From the NCBI GenBank assembly GCA_041675505.1, contig JBAYTR010000010.1, positions 67,895 through 131,894 of the forward strand: DNA of 64,000 nucleotides. Reading direction: 5' to 3'. Every line of letters starts with the position of its first letter. Within the stretch, counting starts at the first letter, position 1. Origin of the DNA: Bacteroidia bacterium. GTDB lineage: Bacteria > Bacteroidota > Bacteroidia > UKL13-3. Positions 18,323 through 25,671 of the stretch are shown piece by piece. The notes under the pieces were generated by a model. It searched no databases and was not told the DNA's origin. It saw only the letters and a list, made by a program, of their open reading frames with translations. Made by a program: the position numbers and the translations under genes.

Positions 18323-20189
18323 TGCGATAAAAATATTTGCTTTCGTGTTTTAGTTTAAACAATTCCCGTGAAGACAAAAAAACAATAACTAAACAAATTA
18401 AGAAACAATAAAAAATATAATTGCCATATTTAATTGTATGTAAAACTTCTTTGTATTCTATAGGGTCGCTATTCGGAACAACTTCTTGCCTTGCAAATTC
18501 ATGTTTCAATTCATCTAATTTTGGAGTTTTAGGATGTAAAATGTGAAACATACTTGATGTAATCTCAAGTAAAATAAATAACGAGCCTATAAAGTAAAGT
18601 AACGTGGGTTTTCTTACATGCTTCCATAATGAACTTTCTATAAACAGTCGAAAGTTTTCAACTTTATTAGTGAACAGTTTTAAGAGATATAAAAAGGGCA
18701 ACAATGGTGTTAAAAATATTCGCCAACCTGCCCACTTTTTTGTGTGTAACGTTTTTCTTTCAAGTTCAAAATAATGCTTTTCATTTTGACGATATTCAGC
18801 TAACAAATCATCAGCTACGAACAAACTGTAATCAATAGTTTGAGGAACAGGTATGCCCTCAGCCCTATATCGCAAAAGCGTTAATTCTTTCAAATCATCT
18901 TTAATCGGATTAGTTTTTGAGTAATACAAATTGCCAATATCTCTCCACTCTCTTAATCTATCTACATAGTATTTAAGAATTTCTTCAAGTGAAAATTTCT
19001 CTTTTTTATTATTGATAAGAAACTGGATATAACTTTTAATAGTTTCATCTGCGATTAAGAGGTTAAGCAATTCGTCTTGGGTATCATCATCATATTTGAG
19101 TTTTGTTTTCAGAAAGTGAATTAAGCCCGTTGTATCGCTTTTCTTTAGATACGAATGAATTCTGTGTAAATTTTTATCAATGCCGTAGAGCAACCCTTTA
19201 AGTTTTTCTGAATTTTCAGGTGCATTATTACCTAAGATGCCCGTAAACATGAAACTTTGATCGTTGTCATACGCTAAGTTTTCTAATTCAATAATTTTTT
19301 TGTTTGCTTCTCCATTATGCTTATCAAGTAAGAAATCAATACTTATAAAATCACATGAGAATGAGACAGAATTATTGCAATAGTCATCGTTATCTACTTC
19401 TTCGTCAATGGTTCCATTATTTTTATATGTTTTTTTACTTACTTTACGAAGTTCATATCCAAAATCTTTTCTTTCTTCTACCAATGTAGATGTAGATGTT
19501 TTGTATTGCTCATAATAGATATGACCAATACAAAATCCTGTTGAAGGAGTATCATAACAGATGATTGATTGAGTAATATTTTCTTTTCCGTATTGAGACG
19601 GAAAATTTTGTGGATTCTTATATAATCTACCTAAGTCATTAGACGAACTAGTTAAATCTCCACTTCCTACAGCCAGAAAAGCAATTTTTGAAACTAATCC
19701 ACCAATAACCTTTGTATTGGTTTTTAATATTTTCTCTTTAAAGAGGTTTACCCCATTCTCTTTAAAGACTAAATTGTTACTATTGTCAACATCTAAACAT
19801 TGTGAAAGATTGAGATTAAACTCTTTATTACAAATATCTTTCTTTGTTTTAATGTCAAGCAAGTCCTGAAACTTTTTAAGTTCTGCTTGTAGCTTGGTGG
19901 CATCGCAATGGTTCAAATAGATAAGATGAGATGGGTCGCAAATGGCTGCGTCTGCTAAACCAAGCAAAACGGAAAAGGTTGCAAATCCATCACCCTTTAA
20001 TTTCTTGCTCTGGTCAAACCTGAAATCATTTTTTGTTCCAATTATAACTACTTCTAATTCCGAAAATGGTGTGTCATGGAAATCATTGCCATAGTATGCA
20101 ACATAAAATGGAAGGTATAATACCGTGTCAGTTGATACGGCAATTTCAAGTTTGTCTTTTGTTCGTATGGAAGAAAATCCTGAATCCAT
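18315..20189 (-). CDS. 624-aa membrane-anchored protein: N-terminal type-2 binding-protein-like domain with no signal peptide, plus three C-terminal TM helices
   Basis: N-terminal VLYLPFYVAYYGNDF and FSVLLGLADAAICDPSHL align with YLIYLPFYIAQEKGFF and ATVLKGEAQFGIGDPVF of the adjacent binding-protein gene. Hydrophobic helices fall at about aa 487-506, 529-551 and 590-607 (nt ~18369-18731). Confidence 0.5.
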   Translation of the reverse strand: MDSGFSSIRTKDKLEIAVSTDTVLYLPFYVAYYGNDFHDTPFSELEVVIIGTKNDFRFDQSKKLKGDGFATFSVLLGLADAAICDPSHLIYLNHCDATKLQAELKKFQDLLDIKTKKDICNKEFNLNLSQCLDVDNSNNLVFKENGVNLFKEKILKTNTKVIGGLVSKIAFLAVGSGDLTSSSNDLGRLYKNPQNFPSQYGKENITQSIICYDTPSTGFCIGHIYYEQYKTSTSTLVEERKDFGYELRKVSKKTYKNNGTIDEEVDNDDYCNNSVSFSCDFISIDFLLDKHNGEANKKIIELENLAYDNDQSFMFTGILGNNAPENSEKLKGLLYGIDKNLHRIHSYLKKSDTTGLIHFLKTKLKYDDDTQDELLNLLIADETIKSYIQFLINNKKEKFSLEEILKYYVDRLREWRDIGNLYYSKTNPIKDDLKELTLLRYRAEGIPVPQTIDYSLFVADDLLAEYRQNEKHYFELERKTLHTKKWAGWRIFLTPLLPFLYLLKLFTNKVENFRLFIESSLWKHVRKPTLLYFIGSLFILLEITSSMFHILHPKTPKLDELKHEFARQEVVPNSDPIEYKEVLHTIKYGNYIFYCFLICLVIVFLSSRELFKLKHESKYFYRNE

Positions 20190-20191
20190 AT

Positions 20192-21205
20192 TTAATTTGT
20201 CTTGGTATCTGAAATAGATTTTTCGGCAAAGGAATTATCTACTGCATCTGATGTTGGTTTCATTTCCTTCATGTCGCCTATATCAACTCTTACTTGTATC
20301 GCTTTCTGCCAAGCTTCATCACTCATTACAGCATGGTCTGGAATTGTTTTATCTGCTACCATTCTTTTTACAGCATTTGCAACAACTGCTTTGTCAAGGT
20401 TGGGGAAAAGTTTTGCTGCAATTTCTGCCGTTCCTGCTTCATCTGTGTGGCAATACTGTAATGCCTTTTCAATTGCGTTTACAAATTTTTGAACAGTTTC
20501 CTTATTGGCGTTTATGTATTCCTCTGTCGTTGTTAAGCCAGTGAAAGCAAATCTTCCATAAAACTGCGGTGAGGAGTAAACAACTTTGTAACCTTTACTT
20601 TCAGCTATTGATGTTCCTGGTTCTAAGTCCATCGCAATATCGGCACTTCCATTTTCAAGTAAAGCCAACTGTGAACCAATTGGGGCTTGAACAATGATTG
20701 TGTTTTTTAATAAATCTCCTCCTTTCATGAGTGTCTTTTTCATCAAAGCGTAATTTGTTGACGGGTCGGGGAATGTTCCAACTTTCAAACCAGCCAAATC
20801 ACCAGGCTGTTCTATGGTTTTGATGTTATCCTTGTTTGTTACACCCCAAATTGTTACTCCGTCAACGATGGAACCAATTACTTTTCCTTTTGCTCCTTTC
20901 TCTCGTGATATGGCAGTGAATACAGGGTCGCCAATTCCAAATTGTGCTTCGCCTTTCAAAACGGTTGCAAAAACCTGGTCGTCATTACCTGAAAACTTTA
21001 CAGTAATTTCAAGTCCTTCGTCTTTGAAAAAACCCTTCTCCTGTGCAATGTAGAAAGGTAGGTAAATTAGATACTTCTCTTGTCCCCACTGCGCTACTAT
21101 TACTTTGGTGACTTCGGTGGTTTTTGGCTTTTCAGTGTTGCATGAATTGCATCCTCCCAAAATGATTGTGAGAACCAGTAATGCTGCTAAAACTATTTTA
21201 TTCAT
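20192..21205 (-). CDS. ABC substrate-binding lipoprotein, NMT1/THI5/SsuA-like
   Basis: 337 aa with MNKIVLAALLVLTIILGGC lipobox and LPFYIAQEKGFFKDEGLEITV, typical of NMT1/SsuA-type binding proteins. Confidence 0.75.
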   Translation of the reverse strand: MNKIVLAALLVLTIILGGCNSCNTEKPKTTEVTKVIVAQWGQEKYLIYLPFYIAQEKGFFKDEGLEITVKFSGNDDQVFATVLKGEAQFGIGDPVFTAISREKGAKGKVIGSIVDGVTIWGVTNKDNIKTIEQPGDLAGLKVGTFPDPSTNYALMKKTLMKGGDLLKNTIIVQAPIGSQLALLENGSADIAMDLEPGTSIAESKGYKVVYSSPQFYGRFAFTGLTTTEEYINANKETVQKFVNAIEKALQYCHTDEAGTAEIAAKLFPNLDKAVVANAVKRMVADKTIPDHAVMSDEAWQKAIQVRVDIGDMKEMKPTSDAVDNSFAEKSISDTKTN

Positions 21206-21261
21206 TTTGACGGTTTTAATTGCTATTTTATATTGTAAAGATAGTTATTCACTCGATAAAT

Positions 21262-22788
21262 TCAACAATTGCTTCCCTTCTCAAAAAGTGTTTTCCAAAG
21301 GAATGTATCAAACAATTGTGCTAAGTTGTAAGTCAAAAACAAAAATAAAGTTCCTCCCAATAGTATTGCCAAAAACCATTTCCAAAGGTTGCTGTAAATT
21401 TTGAGTTTGCCATCAATGAATGCTACATCAGCATTGAATTCTTTATCATTATTAAGGATTCTCTGAATGTCTTCTTTTTCTAAAAGGTCAGTGTAGCGTT
21501 CTTTCAAATTTGTGTAGCTGTCAACGAATCTTTTGCGTTGCTCTTTCACTTCCCACTTTGCTACTAAGTAATAAAGGAATGAGCCGAACAAAAAAACAAT
21601 TGAAAGAACTGCTGTGTCAAGTGTAAACACATTTACAAAATCTCCATTGCCCAAAACTTTTATTGCGATTGCAGAAAAGTAAAAAGTGATTAGCGCCAAA
21701 GAACTTTTTTGAAAACCACTTGCAAATGTTTCAATGACTTTGTTTGCTCTGTTGTTGAAGTCAAGCAACTGGTCAGAAATTTTATTTCTGATTTCAATGT
21801 ATTGCTTGATGTTCTGCTTCTCGTAAACTTTGTAACTTGATTGAATAGATTGAAATGGATGCCCTTTCAATTCTAATTCACCACTATTTTCAAAGTGAAG
21901 TGAAATAATGTTTCTGGCTAAACCAATTTTATCATTGAGGTTTCCGCCACAATAAACCCAATTGTATATATTGAAATATTCTTTCGTTCCATCTATCGGC
22001 AATGCTTTTACATCAACTTTTCCTTTGATTGATTTATAACCGTTGATTTTAAATTCAAGTTCGTTGGCTTTTAGCGAAGTAATGTCAAACAAATAAACAA
22101 CGGAAAGCACAACAGCATAATGATTGAAAAGCAAACACAGCTTGCTGTGTTTTGCATTTTCAATTTGCAACTGAAAATCATCAGGCGTTAAGTTGTGTTC
22201 TTCAATGTTGGTGTAATTACTTGCTGAAAGAATGCTATCAAGGCGTTTATGCCTGTCAGCAAATGTTTGAGTAGGTGTGGTAGCACCTATTTGTGTAAAG
22301 AAAATATTTGCTGTATTGAATGGCTTGTCAAGATTCAACACTTTGAAGTTTACAAAAGGTGTGTTTGATAAAACACGATTGAAAACCGCATACGCTTCTG
22401 CTACTGACAAACTTTCAAGTGTTGCTGTGAAGATTTCTAAATCATATATAGAAATATTGTTTGAAATATTTCCTTTAGTGATTTTGAAGGTTGCTGTGAT
22501 TGGTTCGCCTTCCTGATGCAAATATTCCTTATCAAGTTCAGTTTTGAAATCGGTAAAATTTGAACTGGTTGAATAAAATGATTTTGGGTCGGCTTCTCCA
22601 AATTTGATTGTGAATGTTAATTGGTCGTTAGGCTCTAAAAAGTTGTAGGCGGTTTGAATGCTTGCAACCTCTGTCGATGAAAAGTTTGTTGCTGACAATT
22701 CACAAATAAATTCTTTGTCATTCTCTGAAACAGTTGTTTGAGAATAAGTAGAGAAAAAAGAGTGAATGAATTTATCAGCAAATTGCAT
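21262..22788 (-). CDS. Hypothetical 508-aa protein: ~360-aa unrecognised soluble domain plus a C-terminal 2TM-linker-1TM anchor
   Basis: No signal peptide. Hydrophobic helices fall at about aa 362-380, 390-411 and 467-490 (nt ~21319-21705). The start ATG overlaps the upstream stop (TAATG at 22786-22790). Confidence 0.5.
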   Translation of the reverse strand: MQFADKFIHSFFSTYSQTTVSENDKEFICELSATNFSSTEVASIQTAYNFLEPNDQLTFTIKFGEADPKSFYSTSSNFTDFKTELDKEYLHQEGEPITATFKITKGNISNNISIYDLEIFTATLESLSVAEAYAVFNRVLSNTPFVNFKVLNLDKPFNTANIFFTQIGATTPTQTFADRHKRLDSILSASNYTNIEEHNLTPDDFQLQIENAKHSKLCLLFNHYAVVLSVVYLFDITSLKANELEFKINGYKSIKGKVDVKALPIDGTKEYFNIYNWVYCGGNLNDKIGLARNIISLHFENSGELELKGHPFQSIQSSYKVYEKQNIKQYIEIRNKISDQLLDFNNRANKVIETFASGFQKSSLALITFYFSAIAIKVLGNGDFVNVFTLDTAVLSIVFLFGSFLYYLVAKWEVKEQRKRFVDSYTNLKERYTDLLEKEDIQRILNNDKEFNADVAFIDGKLKIYSNLWKWFLAILLGGTLFLFLTYNLAQLFDTFLWKTLFEKGSNC

Positions 22789-23825
22789 TAGCTATTGCCG
22801 TTTTGTCTGTTGCTGAAATATTGATAGCCTTGTTCCGATTTGATTTTCACATATCTTGTTCCGTCTGCATCTTTTTCCGCTGTGATTATTGTTTCAAGGT
22901 TCGGAATATCTTCTTTCAAGTGCAAATCAATTTGGCTTGTCAAGGGGATAGTGTTTAGAAATTTTGCCCTAATCTTTGCCTTTACAATCGTGAACTGTTC
23001 GTCAAAAGGTGTTCTTGGTTTTGATGGCAATTGTCGGATTTGAGTTTTGATTTCTGCAACATCAAGGTTGGAATCGAAGGGAGTGTAGTTTCCAATTGCT
23101 GTGTCCAAATACTCTTGCATGTCAAAATTGTCGTTGGCTCTGAAATAGCGAACGGTGCTATTACGCAAATGCAAATAATCTTGTGGGTGTTTCTTTTTCA
23201 GTTTTGTAAATATGCCTTTGTCAATTGCTTCAAAAGCATTTTCTGTATTGTCCTCGTCTGAATAAACTTTGGTGAGTTCTAAAAAATCTTTCCACCAATA
23301 ATGAGAAAGGTTTGGATTGGTGTCATACACCAAAACATTAGTTACAGTTTGGTCGCTGTTTAGCGAACAAACAAATGCTTTGAAAACCTTTTTCTTTAAT
23401 GGAAGTCCTCTTGAAATAGTAAAATTTATTTCGTTTAAGAAATCGCTGTGGTCTGCTTTACAGATTACAAGTTTGTTGACGCTGTTTTCTGTTACCAATG
23501 CTTGAACAACAATTCCCTTTTGAATCTCAACTCCAAGTTTCAACATTTTTGCTTGTGCCTCTTGCTCTTTCTTCAAAAGTCGTGTTACTATTGTTGATGC
23601 AATTGCAGGAAATTCTTCACCTGCAATAATTTTCGTAATCTGTCCTCTTACTTCTGTTGTGTCGCTGTCAAACTTGAAGTTTCTACCACTGCTGCCTGTC
23701 GTAATGAGATTTACCAGTCCTTGCAAGTATGTGTTGAAGTCAGCACCATAAATTGATTGCTCAATTGATTCAACCGCTTGTTCATGAATGTCAACCTTAA
23801 ATATTTGTATGGCTGTTATGTCCAT
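22788..23825 (-). CDS. NdpA/YejK (Pfam NA37)-like nucleoid-associated protein
   Basis: The ORF track starts at GTG 23891, but ATG 23825 (MDITAIQIFKVDIH...) is the likelier start. The layout (EEFPAIASTIVTRLLKKEQ, IQKGIVVQALV, VICKADHSDFL, LVYDTNPNLSHYWWKDFLEL) matches my recollection of the NA37 family. No HMM search was run. Confidence 0.5.
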   Translation of the reverse strand: MDITAIQIFKVDIHEQAVESIEQSIYGADFNTYLQGLVNLITTGSSGRNFKFDSDTTEVRGQITKIIAGEEFPAIASTIVTRLLKKEQEAQAKMLKLGVEIQKGIVVQALVTENSVNKLVICKADHSDFLNEINFTISRGLPLKKKVFKAFVCSLNSDQTVTNVLVYDTNPNLSHYWWKDFLELTKVYSDEDNTENAFEAIDKGIFTKLKKKHPQDYLHLRNSTVRYFRANDNFDMQEYLDTAIGNYTPFDSNLDVAEIKTQIRQLPSKPRTPFDEQFTIVKAKIRAKFLNTIPLTSQIDLHLKEDIPNLETIITAEKDADGTRYVKIKSEQGYQYFSNRQNGNS

Positions 23826-24303
23826 GTTGTATATTTTAAAATGTGAAAAATTGTTGGTTAACGGGTGCTGATAAAGCGTTGGCGATTGCACACTTTTGAT
23901 TTCGCCTTTGGGTTGGCTTGTACGTGAGCTGCAAATGCAAATGTGTACTGGTGTTTTTTGTTTTCCAGCTGAAGCGTTTACAATTCAAGGAGGTGTCGTT
24001 GGTGTCAAGTTTTGTCAAAAAGTTCATTTTTCATCTGTCAGTTTAATGTTAACACTGTTGCCATAGGGTTTCCGGCAGCTTTTTTATATGCGAAGGTTTG
24101 CCTGGTTTTGTAAATATATCAATTTGCTCATAACTCTTCAAAAAGGGGGTTGTTTTTTGAATACTTTGTGATGTAAATCGCTTTGAAAATCTTGGCCAAT
24201 TAGGCCACGGGAATTTGCAAGACAGGTGAACAGGTTAGGTTGCATAGCATATTGGTTTTCAACGGCAAATTAGAAGGTTTTTTATTACTGTGCAAATTTA
24301 TTA

Positions 24304-24410
24304 TTGTGCTCGCATTGGGAGACTGCTTCTCCCGATAGCCATCGGGTCTCGGTGGCATTGCTTTTTGGGGTGCCGCGCTAGGCTCAATAAGACGTTTCTT
24401 TTTTGAAGAG
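24304..24410. repeat. Intergenic repeat unit, copy 1 (starts TTGTGCTCGCATTGGGAGACTGC, ends GACGTTTCTTTTTTGA)
   Basis: Both ends are shared with the unit at 24514..24612. The interior contains nested hairpins (GAGAC...GTCTC and CCCGAT/ATCGGG). Confidence 0.5.
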
Positions 24411-24513
24411 AGATAGACTTTAAGCACATCGTCTTTGCGATGAACTTCTGGGTAGTGTGTTGGGTAGTCAAGAAGCAAACTTTAGTTCAGGGAAGCAACC
24501 TCCTATTACAACT

Positions 24514-24612
24514 TTGTGCTCACATTGGGGGACTGCCACGGGCTCTCATCACACAGGCTAAGCTTCGCCCTCGCAGTGACGTTGGTTTTGACAGTGACGT
24601 TCTTTTTTGAGT
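24514..24612. repeat. Intergenic repeat unit, copy 2 (starts TTGTGCTCACATTGGGGGACTGC, ends GACGTTCTTTTTTGA)
   Basis: 21/23 identity with copy 1 at the 5' end and a conserved 3' end. AGTGACGTT occurs twice internally. Confidence 0.5.
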
Positions 24613-24627
24613 GCCTTTGAAGTAATG

Positions 24628-25035
24628 TTACTTCATCTCCTGGCACAACTCAATCAGTACTCCGTTGGTGGCTTTGGGGTGCAGGAAACAAATGAGTTTA
24701 TTATCAGCACCGCGCTTGGGTGTTTCATGGATAAATTGAAATCCGGCTGCTTCTAAACGGGTTATTTCTGCTTCAATGTCTTCTACATCAAATGCAATGT
24801 GGTGTATGCCCTCGCCTTTTTTCTCAATAAATTTTGCAATGGCACTGTCGGCTGAGGTGGCTTGCAGCAACTCTACTTTGCTTTCTCCGGTTTTAAAAAA
24901 AGCGGTGATTACGTGTTCGCTTTCCACGCCCTCTTCTTTGTAGCAGGGTGTTCCCAAAAGTGCGGCAAACAGGCTTTTGGATGCTTCTATATCTTTAACG
25001 GCTATGCCCAGGTGTTCAATCTTGCGTAAATTCAT
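24628..25035 (-). CDS. Methylmalonyl-CoA epimerase / VOC (glyoxalase)-family protein
   Basis: Likely start MNLRKIEHLGIAVKD at 25035. HLGIAV...GEGIHHIAFDV...LHPKATNGVLIELCQ is the typical epimerase pattern. Confidence 0.75.
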   Translation of the reverse strand: MNLRKIEHLGIAVKDIEASKSLFAALLGTPCYKEEGVESEHVITAFFKTGESKVELLQATSADSAIAKFIEKKGEGIHHIAFDVEDIEAEITRLEAAGFQFIHETPKRGADNKLICFLHPKATNGVLIELCQEMK

Positions 25036-25195
25036 GCAGCAAAGTAACCTCAAAAAATAAAAACCCGCCAAGGTTTACTTTCCCCGGCAGGGAAGAAGCC
25101 CGTAAACGCTCAGTAGTTAAGAGGTAAAATAACCGTTCCGTCTACAGGATTTAACCTGAAAACAGGGCAGGAGTGGATATTATTTAGAATTGTTC

Positions 25196-25203
25196 TAACT
25201 TTG
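25196..25203 (+). promoter_or_regulatory. Bacteroidota -7 box (TAACTTTG)
   Basis: Exact TAnnTTTG match 26 nt upstream of the ATG at 25229. Confidence 0.4.
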
Positions 25204-25228
25204 CATACATTTTGAATAGCACGAACGC

Positions 25229-25555
25229 ATGATTACAGTATCAGATAAAGCAAAACACCGGTTGGTTGACCTTAAAAAAGAGTCCAACTACGATGACAGT
25301 TATTTTTTGCGTGTTTCCGTGAAGAGTGGCGGTTGCTCAGGCCTTTCCTACGATTTAGGTTTTGACAACGAAGCCAAGCCGGGCGATCAGGAGTTTAATG
25401 ACGAGGGGGTAAAAGTGGTGGTTGACACCCGCAGCATGCTGTACCTGTTTGGTACGGAGCTCGATTTTTCTGACGGACTCAACGGCAAAGGATTTAACTT
25501 TATTAACCCCAACGCCAGCCGTACCTGCAGTTGCGGGGAAAGTTTTTCGGTATAA
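25229..25555 (+). CDS. Iron-sulfur cluster insertion/assembly protein, IscA/ErpA/HesB family
   Basis: 108 aa with GGCSGLSY and C-terminal CSCGESF motifs. Confidence 0.85.
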   Translation: MITVSDKAKHRLVDLKKESNYDDSYFLRVSVKSGGCSGLSYDLGFDNEAKPGDQEFNDEGVKVVVDTRSMLYLFGTELDFSDGLNGKGFNFINPNASRTCSCGESFSV

Positions 25556-25578
25556 CAGAAAGAAATTACGGCATTAAG

Positions 25579-25617
25579 ATGTCCTGTGTGGTTTACTGCG
25601 CAGGACATTTTTTATTT
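25579..25617 (+). terminator. Rho-independent terminator
   Basis: ATGTCCTG (25579-25586) pairs with CAGGACAT (25601-25608), followed by TTTTTTATTT. Confidence 0.65.
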
Positions 25618-25671
25618 ACAATAATTTAAATTCGAAAATCAACGGGCAACAATTAAATTGCCGCAGATTTT

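Larger units (their letters stand above)
14400..24200. other. Low-GC genomic island with eight co-directional genes and no mobility genes seen
   Basis: Hand GC counts on 60-nt samples. Inside the island: 15001-15060 = 21/60 and 19021-19080 = 20/60. Outside: 13601-13660 = 27/60, 24701-24760 = 28/60 and 30001-30060 = 32/60. Boundaries are approximate. Confidence 0.65.

Noticed and set aside
24003-24018. Tandem TTGACA hexamers (minus strand TTGACAaaacTTGACA) upstream of the NA37-like gene, which looked like sigma-70 -35 boxes
   Set aside because: No TATAAT-like -10 box lies at 16-18 nt from either copy, and Bacteroidota promoters use a different consensus. The evidence is too weak for a promoter call.
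24194-24206. GGCCAATTAGGCC palindrome
   Set aside because: It is a single short palindrome with no partner or context, which makes it a trivial occurrence.
14392-24243. Shared short words (ATTTGCAAG, AGGTTG) near both island edges, considered as att-site candidates
   Set aside because: They occur in opposite order at the two ends. A 9-mer match between ~280-nt and ~730-nt regions is expected by chance about once. No convincing direct repeats flank the island.
24200-24478. 92-aa minus-strand ORF in the island/mce spacer
   Set aside because: The sequence is Pro/Lys-rich with no motif, it spans the repeat unit, and it has no plausible start context. I treat it as non-coding repeat DNA.
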